From a virus, in IMG/VR virus record IMGVR_UViG_3300007169_000025, positions 1 to 64,000 of that record: 64,000 nt of DNA; one strand, written 5' to 3'. Below are positions 29,377-38,873 of the stretch, in pieces. A program made the translations under genes and the position numbers. Each line of letters begins with the position of its first letter. The stretch's first letter is position 1. Under the pieces are notes generated by a model. That model was not told where the DNA came from. It saw nothing but the letters and a program-made list of their open reading frames with translations, and did no database searches.

Positions 29377-30486
29377 ATGGCAGTGACATTTAACGATCTA
29401 CTTGAAGGCGCCGGACTCAGCAATGAAGCCCGTGTGGCTGTTCAAGAAGCCTGGGAGTCACGCCTTGCCGAAGCTAGAGAAGAAGTAACAGCAGAGCTTC
29501 GTGAAGAGTTCGCACAGCGTTACGAGCATGACAAAGGTCTAATCGTAGAAGCTGTAGAAAACTTCATTAATAAGAAGGTAGAAGCTGAAGTAGCTGAGCT
29601 AGCTGAGGATAAGAAGGCCCTCGCAGAAGAAAGAGTTAAGTATCGCAAAGCCGTAAGTGAACATGCAAAACTACTTGACAAGTTTGTAACTGAAATGGTT
29701 GCAAAGGAAGTTAAGGAATTGCGTGCTGATCGTGCTCGTGTAGCTGAACATGTAACAAAGTTAGATGACTTTGTTGCAGAGCAGCTAGCAGAAGAATTAA
29801 AAGAATTCCACGAGGATAAGAAGGCACTAGTAGAGCAAAAGGTCAAAATGGTACGTGAAGGCAAGCGTCAGCTTGCTGAAGCAAAGAAAGACTTTATCAG
29901 CAAAGCTGCTGGCAAGATTGAATCAACAATCAATCGTGTTATCAGCGAAGAAGTTAAGTCATTCCGTGATGACATCACAGCGGCTCGTGAGAACGACTTC
30001 GGACGTAGAATTTTTGAAGCATTTGCAAGTGAATTTGGTGCAAGCCACTTAAACGAAGCAAAAGAAATCAAGAAAGTACAGAAGACAATCGCCGAATTAG
30101 AAAAGAAACTTGCAGAAAGTCAAGCAATTATTGCAGCTAAAGAAGATGCAGTAAAGCTAACAGAAAGCAAGCTTCGTATCTCAGAAGATCGTATGGCTCG
30201 TAAGCAAAAGCTCGACGAACTATTACGTCCTTTAGGCAAAGAGAAGAAAGAAATCATGTCTGATTTACTTGAGTCAGTCAAAACAGAAAAGCTAGAAGAA
30301 TCTTTTAACAAGTATCTTCCAAGCGTTCTTGATGGCGAAACAACAAGAGTGAAAAAGACTTTGTCAGAATCAGTTGTGCGTGAGCACACTGGTAATAAGC
30401 AGGCAACTGTTACCGCAGAAGCCGATGACAGCGCGGACGTAGTTGAATTAGACCAAATCCGCAAATTAGCCGGACTTTCAAAATAA
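29377..30486 (+). CDS. gp22: Prohead scaffold gp22-like
   Basis: Coiled-coil E/K/A-rich protein with IFEAFASEF motif; immediately before the major capsid gene. Confidence 0.8.
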   Translation: MAVTFNDLLEGAGLSNEARVAVQEAWESRLAEAREEVTAELREEFAQRYEHDKGLIVEAVENFINKKVEAEVAELAEDKKALAEERVKYRKAVSEHAKLLDKFVTEMVAKEVKELRADRARVAEHVTKLDDFVAEQLAEELKEFHEDKKALVEQKVKMVREGKRQLAEAKKDFISKAAGKIESTINRVISEEVKSFRDDITAARENDFGRRIFEAFASEFGASHLNEAKEIKKVQKTIAELEKKLAESQAIIAAKEDAVKLTESKLRISEDRMARKQKLDELLRPLGKEKKEIMSDLLESVKTEKLEESFNKYLPSVLDGETTRVKKTLSESVVREHTGNKQATVTAEADDSADVVELDQIRKLAGLSK

Positions 30487-30499
30487 TAGGAGTTAAGAG

Positions 30500-31642
30500 A
30501 TGGCAAATTTATTTGAAAGCAACTGGTCTGCAACCAAGGAAGCCCTACTAGAAGGTCTATCTGGCAACAGAAAGAACTCATTGGATGTAGTCCTCGAAAA
30601 TACAAAGCGTTATTTGTCAGAGGCCGCTACAGCAGGTGCAACAGGTGCAGGTTCAGTCGCAACACTAAACAAGGTAATGTTACCACTAATTCGTCGCGTA
30701 ATGCCAAGCGTTATTGCTAACGAACTAGTTGGCGTTCAGCCAATGACTGGCCCAGTAGGCCAGATCCACACTCTCCGCGTTCGTTACGCTGAGACAGGTG
30801 GCGGCGCAACAGCAGGTGATGAAGCTCTAAGCCCATTCCTACTTGCTTCAACTTATGCAGGTAGCCCAAATGCTACAGCAGCAGCTGAAGGTACAGCAGG
30901 TCGCAAGATGAGCATTCAGATCCTAAAGGAAACAGTTGAAGCTAAGACAAGACGTCTAAGCGCACGCTGGACATTTGAAGCTGCTCAAGACGCAGAAGCA
31001 ATGCACGGTGTTGACGTAGAAGCTGAAATCATGCAAGCACTAGCTCAGGAAATCGTTGTTGAAATCGACCAAGAAATTATCGGTTCACTACGTTCACTAG
31101 CTGGCGCAGGTACAACACTAGACTTTGGTGGTTCCCTAACAGGTACACCAACTTATATTGGTGACCGTCATGCTGTTCTAGCTATTGAAATCAACCGCGC
31201 TGCAAACAGAATTGCTGCTCGCACACGTCGTGGTGCAGGTAACTACATCGTAGTAAGCCCAGAAGCACTAACAATTCTACAAAGCGCAACAACATCAACT
31301 TTCGCTCGTACAACAGAAGGTTCATTCGAAGCACCAACAAACACTAAGTTTGTAGGTACATTGAACGGAACAATCCGTGTGTTCGTAGACAACTATGCAG
31401 CTGACGGTACTAAGGTACTTGTTGGTTACAAGGGTTCAAGCGAAACTGATGCTCCAGCATTCTACTGCCCATACATTCCATTAATGAGCACAGGCCCAGT
31501 AATGGATCCAAGCACATTTGAGCCAGTAGTTAGCTTTATGACACGTTATGGTTATAAGGAACTAACAAATACTGCTTCATCACTTGGTAACGCAGCAGAC
31601 TACGTTGATGCAATCACACTTGCCAACGTATCATTCCAGTAA
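30500..31642 (+). CDS. gp23: Major capsid protein gp23
   Basis: LVGVQPMTGPVGQI, RRLSARWTFEAAQD, FYCPYIPL and MTRYG motifs. Confidence 0.96.
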   Translation: MANLFESNWSATKEALLEGLSGNRKNSLDVVLENTKRYLSEAATAGATGAGSVATLNKVMLPLIRRVMPSVIANELVGVQPMTGPVGQIHTLRVRYAETGGGATAGDEALSPFLLASTYAGSPNATAAAEGTAGRKMSIQILKETVEAKTRRLSARWTFEAAQDAEAMHGVDVEAEIMQALAQEIVVEIDQEIIGSLRSLAGAGTTLDFGGSLTGTPTYIGDRHAVLAIEINRAANRIAARTRRGAGNYIVVSPEALTILQSATTSTFARTTEGSFEAPTNTKFVGTLNGTIRVFVDNYAADGTKVLVGYKGSSETDAPAFYCPYIPLMSTGPVMDPSTFEPVVSFMTRYGYKELTNTASSLGNAADYVDAITLANVSFQ

Positions 31643-31668
31643 GATTAACCCTTAACGGAAAAAAGAAG

Positions 31669-31700
31669 GCCCTCGTTGGAAACAGCGGGGGCTTTTTTTT
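31669..31700 (+). terminator. Rho-independent terminator after gp23
   Basis: gccctcgttg-GAAA-cagcgggggc followed by T8. Confidence 0.85.
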
Positions 31701-31714
31701 GACTAAATATTTTT

Positions 31715-32935
31715 ATGTATAAAATGCTGCTTCTTGAGCATCCTGAAAATAATCATTACTTTACTAATGGCTTTTCTAATGCAGATTTAAAACTTTTAAG
31801 TTTTAAACATCTGTACGGTAAGCATATGCTTAATGATAATCATTTTCCGTTTGAAACAACAATGGTTCCAACATCGCAGTATGTTTTTCCAATACGATCA
31901 GACAAATTGGGGTTTTTTGCAGGAGAAACTACTCTTAAAGAATTACTAACAGACTTTTCTTTTAATATACCTGATTATGTAATTAATGATGTTAAAGAAA
32001 ACCGCTGTAAAATTCTTATTGATAATAGCATTGAAAGCTATGATGTCGTTGTAACAGACGACATGTCTATTATTAAAGAAATCATTATTAACACTATTAA
32101 GAAATATGACCTTAAGAAAACTGATGTTATTTTATTAACAGCAAATTTTAGAACTTGGTTAAGTAATGATTTTCTCGTAGCAGTTAAAAATTGGGGAGAT
32201 ACTAGGATTACACCTTGCGACAGCAATTTTTTTAATCTACAGAAAAATCTAATATTATCAAAAGCTGAACGATCTAAAAAAATACTTACTTTTATGCGTA
32301 AAGAAAGATCGTTTAGATTTCACTTTGCTAAATTTATATATGATAACAATTTAAAAGAAGATAATATTGTTACTTTTGGTAAAAATGTATCACCTTATTA
32401 TTGGGATAATAATTCAAAACAATTTTCAGCTGACTTTATTGATTCACTGCCCTGGGAATATGATATTGATTTAAAAAACAATAAAGACTTTGATCTTCTT
32501 TTAGCTCGAGGCGACGCTGAAGTTAATGCTTACCTTGAGACATACATTAATTATGCTGTTGAAAGAAGCATTACATATTTAGAATACGAATTGGATATTT
32601 CAGAGAAAAGTTTTAAGCCTATAGCGTTTTTACAGCCGTTCGTTATATTTGGGCAACCAGGAAGTTTAGTGTTTTTTAAAGATTTAGGATTTAAGACCTT
32701 TGATCGCTGGTGGGACGAAAGCTATGACAGTATCAAAGACGAAGCAATTAGATTTAGAGCAATAGCTAATCTATACAAGCGATTAACTCGTATGTCTAAA
32801 CAGCAACTTGCAGAAATTATGTATGAAGCATGGCCTGTTATAGAACACAACTACTATAACTATTGTGATTATATCAAAACTGGAAAAAGCGACCAAAATC
32901 TACTTAAAATAATTAAAGAAAGTTTTGATAAATAG
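31715..32935 (+). CDS. Hypothetical protein, possibly glycosyltransferase-related
   Basis: ISEKSFKPI...PFVIFG..G...LGFKTF..WWDESYD motif; AT-rich; leaderless late promoter at 31704. Confidence 0.55.
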   Translation: MYKMLLLEHPENNHYFTNGFSNADLKLLSFKHLYGKHMLNDNHFPFETTMVPTSQYVFPIRSDKLGFFAGETTLKELLTDFSFNIPDYVINDVKENRCKILIDNSIESYDVVVTDDMSIIKEIIINTIKKYDLKKTDVILLTANFRTWLSNDFLVAVKNWGDTRITPCDSNFFNLQKNLILSKAERSKKILTFMRKERSFRFHFAKFIYDNNLKEDNIVTFGKNVSPYYWDNNSKQFSADFIDSLPWEYDIDLKNNKDFDLLLARGDAEVNAYLETYINYAVERSITYLEYELDISEKSFKPIAFLQPFVIFGQPGSLVFFKDLGFKTFDRWWDESYDSIKDEAIRFRAIANLYKRLTRMSKQQLAEIMYEAWPVIEHNYYNYCDYIKTGKSDQNLLKIIKESFDK

Positions 32936-32969
32936 TTACAATAGACTTAATTCTGGTAGGGACTTCTAA

Positions 32970-35900
32970 ATGTCAACAACAAAGCGTACTGTTATCAAAG
33001 CTGACGAAGAGCTGGTTATCAAAGGCAAACTTACCATTGAAGGTAACGTTACTCAGCTTGAGCAAACAAATGTTATTACTGTTACAAATTTAGCAGGTAA
33101 TACCTTTACTGTTAATAGTGTTGACCCCGGAAATCCAGCAGCTAGTAACACTACAGCAATATTAAGTCTCAACAGCTTTAATACTCAGGCTAATCTTTCT
33201 TATAGCAATACCACAGGCAAACTAGTAATTAGTGTACCATTACAGGTTGCTGCTAATTCAAATATTGAAACTACTGGTAATATTATAGCAGGGTGGTTCC
33301 ACGGTGATGGCAGTAACATCACAGGATTATCAACAACAATAGTATCCGAAGGTACAAATCTATATTTTACAAATGCTCGTGTTAGAGCTGCTATTACGCA
33401 TGTAGATGCCGGCGGCGATGGCAGCTTTAGTTATAACGCTTCAACAGGAGTGTTTACATACACTGGTCCAAGTGCTAGCGAAACTCGCGCACATTTTAGT
33501 GCCACTGACGGACTTGTTTATAATAGTACCACAGGTGTATTTACTTTAGATAGTGTTGCAGCCGGTAATGGTTTAGTTTATTCAAACGGCGTATTTCATG
33601 TAGGCGCCGGTGACGGTATTACTATAGGACTTAATGATGTTGGTGTAGATGGCACAGTTGTTCGCACGAGCGGCAATCAAGATATATACGGCGTCAAAAA
33701 GTTTGAAAACGGTATAGTATTAGCTGCTAATATTAATATTGTACCTGAAACAAATAATACTTCTTCAATTGGTAACAGTACAAATTGGATTAAAGAAGTA
33801 TATGCAAACGTTATTCATGTTTCACACTTAAACATTGGCGCCGATGCTAACTTAGAAGATGTACATACAACATTCTATCCCGGCACAGCCGCTAATGCAT
33901 TAGTTACAAGAACCTCTGATGGTTTAACATTTACGCATAATACAACCGGCGCATATTATAAAATTAATGTTGGCGACGGATTACAAGTTGACGGTAACGG
34001 TAATCTTGCAGTTAATAATACTGTAATTAGAACTTCTGGTGATCAAAGTATCGCAGGCAATATTACACTTACAGGTAATCTTGCTATTACAGGTAACTTA
34101 GATGTTACTGCAAATATTAATAGTTTAAATGTTGTTGATTTAAATGTTCAAGACACTCAAATTATTCTTAATGCTAATGCCGGTTCAGGTGCAAATAGTA
34201 ATATAGCAGTTAATAGAGGTAGTGATCCTACAGTATACATTAAGTGGAATGAAAGTAATGACACTTGGATGTTTACAAATAACGGCGTTGCAGAATATCC
34301 AATACCTGTTAGCACAGATGACTTAGATGAAGGTAATAATAATCTTTATTACACTACTGATCGTGCTAATAGTGCAATAGATGATTATCTTGTAGGCGGG
34401 AATGGTTTAACATATTCAACTGGGAACATCAGTGTAGGCGCAGGTGATGGCATTGTTGTAAATGCTGATAACGTTTCAGTAGACGCAACAGTGGTTCGTA
34501 CTAGTGGTGATCAAACCATTAGCGGCACCAAACATTTTACTGGAGAATTAGTAATACCGTCAACAATGCCCACTAGCAATAACTCACTTTATGTTAATGC
34601 AGGCAATTCAGCAGTTTTTGCTTATGTAAATGGTGTGCATGTTCAGCTAACGGCTGATAGTGATGTTGGACAAGTTGAAGATGTTGGTAACACTGGTATC
34701 AATGTTTATGCAGGTTCTAGACAGCAGATACTTGGAAATGCTAACGTATTCTTTCACGGTATTAAAAGTATTGATGCAGGAACATATTTAAATATTTCTG
34801 AAGCAAGCAATGTTATTACCATGTCTGGTAATATCACTGCAATTAAAAACGAATTTAGTGTTTCAAACCTAAGTGGCTTTGGAAATCTAAGTTATGCAAA
34901 CGGCGTTATTAGTTATACTGGTGCAAGCAATGCTGATGTTAGAGGATTGTTTAGTGGTACAGGTCTAATTAATGTTAACCCTAGCACAGGTGTTATCAGT
35001 ACCACCGCAGACAATTACGGTAATTGGAGTGTTCAAACAGATAGTGGTGCCGGCGCAAAAACAGCAGTCAGTAGCGGGCATACACTAACACTTCAGGGTA
35101 CTTCTGGAATCGTTGTTACAAATTCTGGTAATACTGTTTCTATTGCAATGGCTGTTGCTAATGCTGATATTACAGGTGTAACAGCTGGTGCAGGCCTAAC
35201 AGGCGGCGGAACATCAGGTACAGTTACATTAGATGTTGGTGCTGGTGCATACATGATTGTAAATGCTGATAATATATCAGCAAATGCAGCCAGTGTTGCT
35301 ACTGCAAACGTTCTTGTTGCTAGAGATGCAAATGCAAACGTCTCAGCTAATAACTTTGTTGGTACAACTGCAAACGTAGATTTGGTTGCAGGTAATAATA
35401 CATTAAGACTTGACACAACCGGTCAAACAACTATACCTGGCAATGTAATTCCAAATGCTAACGGTGTGTACAGCTTAGGTAGCCCAACGGCTCGTTGGAA
35501 AGACTTGTATGTAACATCAGCTTCTATCTACATTGGCGATGAAGCACTGTCTGTTAACGAAGATGGTAACATTTTATTTGGTAATGATCAATTAGTCACA
35601 TCGCAGCAAGTAACTGGCGGTCTTGGACTAGTAGTTTCAAATGCCTCTCTGTCAGTAGGACAAGGTAACGGTATTATAGTTACATCTGAATCTGTATCTG
35701 TTAATGCAGGTAACGGTTTAATTATTGCTGCTGATACGGCTTACCCTGTTGTTACAGGTAACTTTAGTCCAAATGTAAGTTTAGAATATTATGCTAATAG
35801 CTCTGAAACAGGTAACGTATTAATATTTGAATATGCAACACCTGCACTACTTGGATTCCAAACAATAAACTCTGGTAATAGTTCATTAGCAACGGATTCT

Positions 35901-37028
35901 ATTATTACTATTCCAACAGGTTATAACAGAGCTAACATTTCTGCAAGATTGGATCTAAGTGTTGTAGAAACAAGCGATCCTCAAACATTCTCAGCAAATG
36001 CTTATATTGTTAAAAATGGTGACATTGAAAATGTATTACAGTCTAATACAGTTACATTTAATAATGTTACAACAAATTCAAATATTCATCTAAGTCTTAC
36101 AAACATTGATGTAAGCCCAACAGATGAAATTACTGTTAGATACGCATTTAGTGTTGTAGGCAATGCTAATACTGCGGTGGGTAATATTACAGTTGCAAAT
36201 ACATCTGTAACAAGTATTACACTTTCAAATACTGGTAATGTTGAAGTTGGCGCCGGCGCTGGTATTGTTGTTAACGCTGATAATGTTGCAATCAATACTT
36301 CTTATGTAAGAGGCTTAGTAAGTGCAACCGATGCAGGCGGCGATGGCAGCTTTAGTTATAACAGCTCAACTGGTGTGTTTACATACACTGGCCCAAGTCA
36401 AGCAGAAGCAAATTCTCGCATTGATGCATATCTAGTAGGCGGTAGCGGATTAGTATACAGCGCCGGTACATTTGAAGTTGGCGCAGGCCAGGGTATTACT
36501 GTTGGCGCTAACGATGTAGCAGTTAATTTATCTGACACTAATGTCTTTACATCTACTAACACCGCAAGTAAAGCAGTAGTTCGCGACACCAACGGCAGTT
36601 TTGCCGCAAACGTTATTACAGCAACAGCTACCAGCGCACGCTATGCTGACTTGGCAGAAAACTATCAAGGTGATGCAGATTATCTACCTGGCACAGTTCT
36701 TGTATTTGGCGGTAACGCAGAAGTTACTATAGCAGTAACACACGAATCAACAAGAGTAGCAGGTGTAGTAACTACAAACCCTGCTCACGTTATGAACAGT
36801 GAATTAACAGGACCAACAGTTGCATGTATTGCACTTCGCGGCCGCGTTCCAGTAAAGGTTAAAGGAATTGTTCGTAAGGGCGATGTACTTGTTACCGCTG
36901 GTGAAGGACACAATGGTTATGCTGTAGCTGCACTTAATCCTCGCAGCGTACCAGCCGCAGCCATTGTTGGTAAAGCAATCACTGACAAGTTAGACAACGG
37001 CCTAGGCGAAGTTGAAGCACTAATTTAA
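32970..37028 (+). CDS. Tail fibre/virion fibre protein 1
   Basis: G/N/T-rich fibre repeats and a C-terminal YADLAENY...GRVPVKV domain; late promoter at 32927-32934. Confidence 0.8.
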   Translation: MSTTKRTVIKADEELVIKGKLTIEGNVTQLEQTNVITVTNLAGNTFTVNSVDPGNPAASNTTAILSLNSFNTQANLSYSNTTGKLVISVPLQVAANSNIETTGNIIAGWFHGDGSNITGLSTTIVSEGTNLYFTNARVRAAITHVDAGGDGSFSYNASTGVFTYTGPSASETRAHFSATDGLVYNSTTGVFTLDSVAAGNGLVYSNGVFHVGAGDGITIGLNDVGVDGTVVRTSGNQDIYGVKKFENGIVLAANINIVPETNNTSSIGNSTNWIKEVYANVIHVSHLNIGADANLEDVHTTFYPGTAANALVTRTSDGLTFTHNTTGAYYKINVGDGLQVDGNGNLAVNNTVIRTSGDQSIAGNITLTGNLAITGNLDVTANINSLNVVDLNVQDTQIILNANAGSGANSNIAVNRGSDPTVYIKWNESNDTWMFTNNGVAEYPIPVSTDDLDEGNNNLYYTTDRANSAIDDYLVGGNGLTYSTGNISVGAGDGIVVNADNVSVDATVVRTSGDQTISGTKHFTGELVIPSTMPTSNNSLYVNAGNSAVFAYVNGVHVQLTADSDVGQVEDVGNTGINVYAGSRQQILGNANVFFHGIKSIDAGTYLNISEASNVITMSGNITAIKNEFSVSNLSGFGNLSYANGVISYTGASNADVRGLFSGTGLINVNPSTGVISTTADNYGNWSVQTDSGAGAKTAVSSGHTLTLQGTSGIVVTNSGNTVSIAMAVANADITGVTAGAGLTGGGTSGTVTLDVGAGAYMIVNADNISANAASVATANVLVARDANANVSANNFVGTTANVDLVAGNNTLRLDTTGQTTIPGNVIPNANGVYSLGSPTARWKDLYVTSASIYIGDEALSVNEDGNILFGNDQLVTSQQVTGGLGLVVSNASLSVGQGNGIIVTSESVSVNAGNGLIIAADTAYPVVTGNFSPNVSLEYYANSSETGNVLIFEYATPALLGFQTINSGNSSLATDSIITIPTGYNRANISARLDLSVVETSDPQTFSANAYIVKNGDIENVLQSNTVTFNNVTTNSNIHLSLTNIDVSPTDEITVRYAFSVVGNANTAVGNITVANTSVTSITLSNTGNVEVGAGAGIVVNADNVAINTSYVRGLVSATDAGGDGSFSYNSSTGVFTYTGPSQAEANSRIDAYLVGGSGLVYSAGTFEVGAGQGITVGANDVAVNLSDTNVFTSTNTASKAVVRDTNGSFAANVITATATSARYADLAENYQGDADYLPGTVLVFGGNAEVTIAVTHESTRVAGVVTTNPAHVMNSELTGPTVACIALRGRVPVKVKGIVRKGDVLVTAGEGHNGYAVAALNPRSVPAAAIVGKAITDKLDNGLGEVEALI

Positions 37029-37745
37029 TTAGAGCGTTGCCCTATCAATTCTGCGTATAGCTCTGTGCCTAAAGAAAGAGGTATAGAAATTACCTGTTTG
37101 AACAGGACTATAAATGCCGCCAGCAGCTTCCCATGCCCATTGATACCATGCTGAACCTATTTTTCTTGTAGTCGAAGACCACATGCCTGTGGTGATTGAA
37201 TTATCGCCGCCGTTGTTTGGCGCATTTAATGCTTGAGCACCACCAGTTTGAAATAATGCGGCAGTAGTTGTGCTTGGGTGTAGATTATTAACAATTACTG
37301 TTAGTTCGTCAATACTGGGTATATACCAACCAGTGAAACCATTAATTCTAAATAAACTAGTTGGATGTCTAAGTTCCCAGTACACTGAATTTTTGTTTAC
37401 TGATGTACTCCAGCCGCTCGACCCGCCAAAAAAACTAGGATTTGCATAATAACTGCTGGCATTTAGACCGTCACTATTGCTGGTGTAAATATCACCTTTA
37501 GTGCCACCGCCTAAGCCATTTGATCGTTTTGCATATTGTCCTGTATTTGTGCCAATCTGCGAAGATCCGCTAATAGGAGCAATAATTAGCGCATATGTAA
37601 CACTACCTGAGGTATAATTTCCAGCAAAGTATCCACCGCCATATGGCTCACCTATTGTTGTTAATAATGGTGCAGGTGCAGCAGAAACTGTGGCTCCGGA
37701 TCCAACAAATCTACCGCCAACTAATCTAGTCCCTTGAATTATCAT
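37029..37745 (-). CDS. DUF1566/Lcl-like C-type-lectin-fold protein
   Basis: IGEPYGGGYFAG, WYIPSIDEL, WSST and RAIRR motifs. Confidence 0.65.
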   Translation of the reverse strand: MIIQGTRLVGGRFVGSGATVSAAPAPLLTTIGEPYGGGYFAGNYTSGSVTYALIIAPISGSSQIGTNTGQYAKRSNGLGGGTKGDIYTSNSDGLNASSYYANPSFFGGSSGWSTSVNKNSVYWELRHPTSLFRINGFTGWYIPSIDELTVIVNNLHPSTTTAALFQTGGAQALNAPNNGGDNSITTGMWSSTTRKIGSAWYQWAWEAAGGIYSPVQTGNFYTSFFRHRAIRRIDRATL

Positions 37746-37750
37746 ACAGT

Positions 37751-37772
37751 TATTTATCGCAATAGATAAATA
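37751..37772. promoter_or_regulatory. Back-to-back late promoters (- 37751-37758; + 37765-37772)
   Basis: tatttatc...gataaata. Confidence 0.65.
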
Positions 37773-37839
37773 GTTTTAACGGATAGACTAAAACGCAAGT
37801 TTTAGACAGGTGCATTGCACTTGACTGACCGGAGAAGAG

Positions 37840-38859
37840 ATGGCTATTTTTGGTAACTTTAAAGGTACCACTCAGACTGATTTTAAAATCGGAAAGAGAG
37901 GTCCTACATTATTCACTTCCCCACGCGACGGATCGTCGTATACCCTCGCCGGTCAATTAGAAGGCGATTATTGGATTGACCCGGGCAATTCTACAATTAA
38001 TGTATATACAACTGAACTAGTAAACGGCAATATTGTAGCTGATTGGCGCAGTATAGGTTCTTATCTAAGTGATTTAAATGTTGATAACGGCACATTATTT
38101 GTTGACAGTTCTAACGATACAGTAAGTATTGGTTCTACAAGCTCAAACGAAAAACTATTCGTTAACGGTAGCTTACGACTAGGCACTAACCCATCCATCA
38201 AATACTCCGGCGCATATTTAGATCTTAAACATGCCAATGGCACAGGCACAGTAGTTCGTGTTAGAGATAATACTGGAAATAACAATCCGGTGTTTAAGAT
38301 TTACGGATCAAACAATACTAACGAAGTTTTCAAAGTTGAAGGCACAAACGTTACTATTGCAAATTCTTATATTTTACCTACCGAAGACGGTACCAACGGC
38401 CAAGTAATTACCACAGACGGTAATGGTGTTTTAACATTTGGCAACATAGCAGTATCCACTACCGCAGCAGGGTCTAACGGTCAAATTCAATTTAATGAAT
38501 CAGGTACTCTTGCAGCTAATGCTAGTTTAACATATGATAGTGCAAACTATGTTTTACAGACTGGTGTTGTTAGAGGTATTCTATTTGAACAAATAACAGA
38601 ATATGGCGACATGATCGCCCCAGTAGTTTTAGGCTATAATTATGGCTCGATAACTAACAGTACTACATCAATTGGTTCCTACGGCTATATGTCGGCTACA
38701 GTTGGCGAAGTTTCACAATCTTTTACAGTTGGGACTTTACCAAATCCTAGTGTGCCAGGACAAATGATTTTTGTTAGCAATGAGTCTGGCGGCGCAACAA
38801 TGGCATTCAGCGACGGAACAAATTGGCGTAGAGTTCAAGACAGAGCAATTGTAAGTTAA
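37840..38859 (+). CDS. Virion structural/fibre-associated protein
   Basis: LPTEDGTNGQVITTDGNGVLTF, AAGSNGQIQFN and AFSDGTNWRRV fibre motifs. Confidence 0.7.
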   Translation: MAIFGNFKGTTQTDFKIGKRGPTLFTSPRDGSSYTLAGQLEGDYWIDPGNSTINVYTTELVNGNIVADWRSIGSYLSDLNVDNGTLFVDSSNDTVSIGSTSSNEKLFVNGSLRLGTNPSIKYSGAYLDLKHANGTGTVVRVRDNTGNNNPVFKIYGSNNTNEVFKVEGTNVTIANSYILPTEDGTNGQVITTDGNGVLTFGNIAVSTTAAGSNGQIQFNESGTLAANASLTYDSANYVLQTGVVRGILFEQITEYGDMIAPVVLGYNYGSITNSTTSIGSYGYMSATVGEVSQSFTVGTLPNPSVPGQMIFVSNESGGATMAFSDGTNWRRVQDRAIVS

Positions 38860-38873
38860 CACAGAGGACACAC

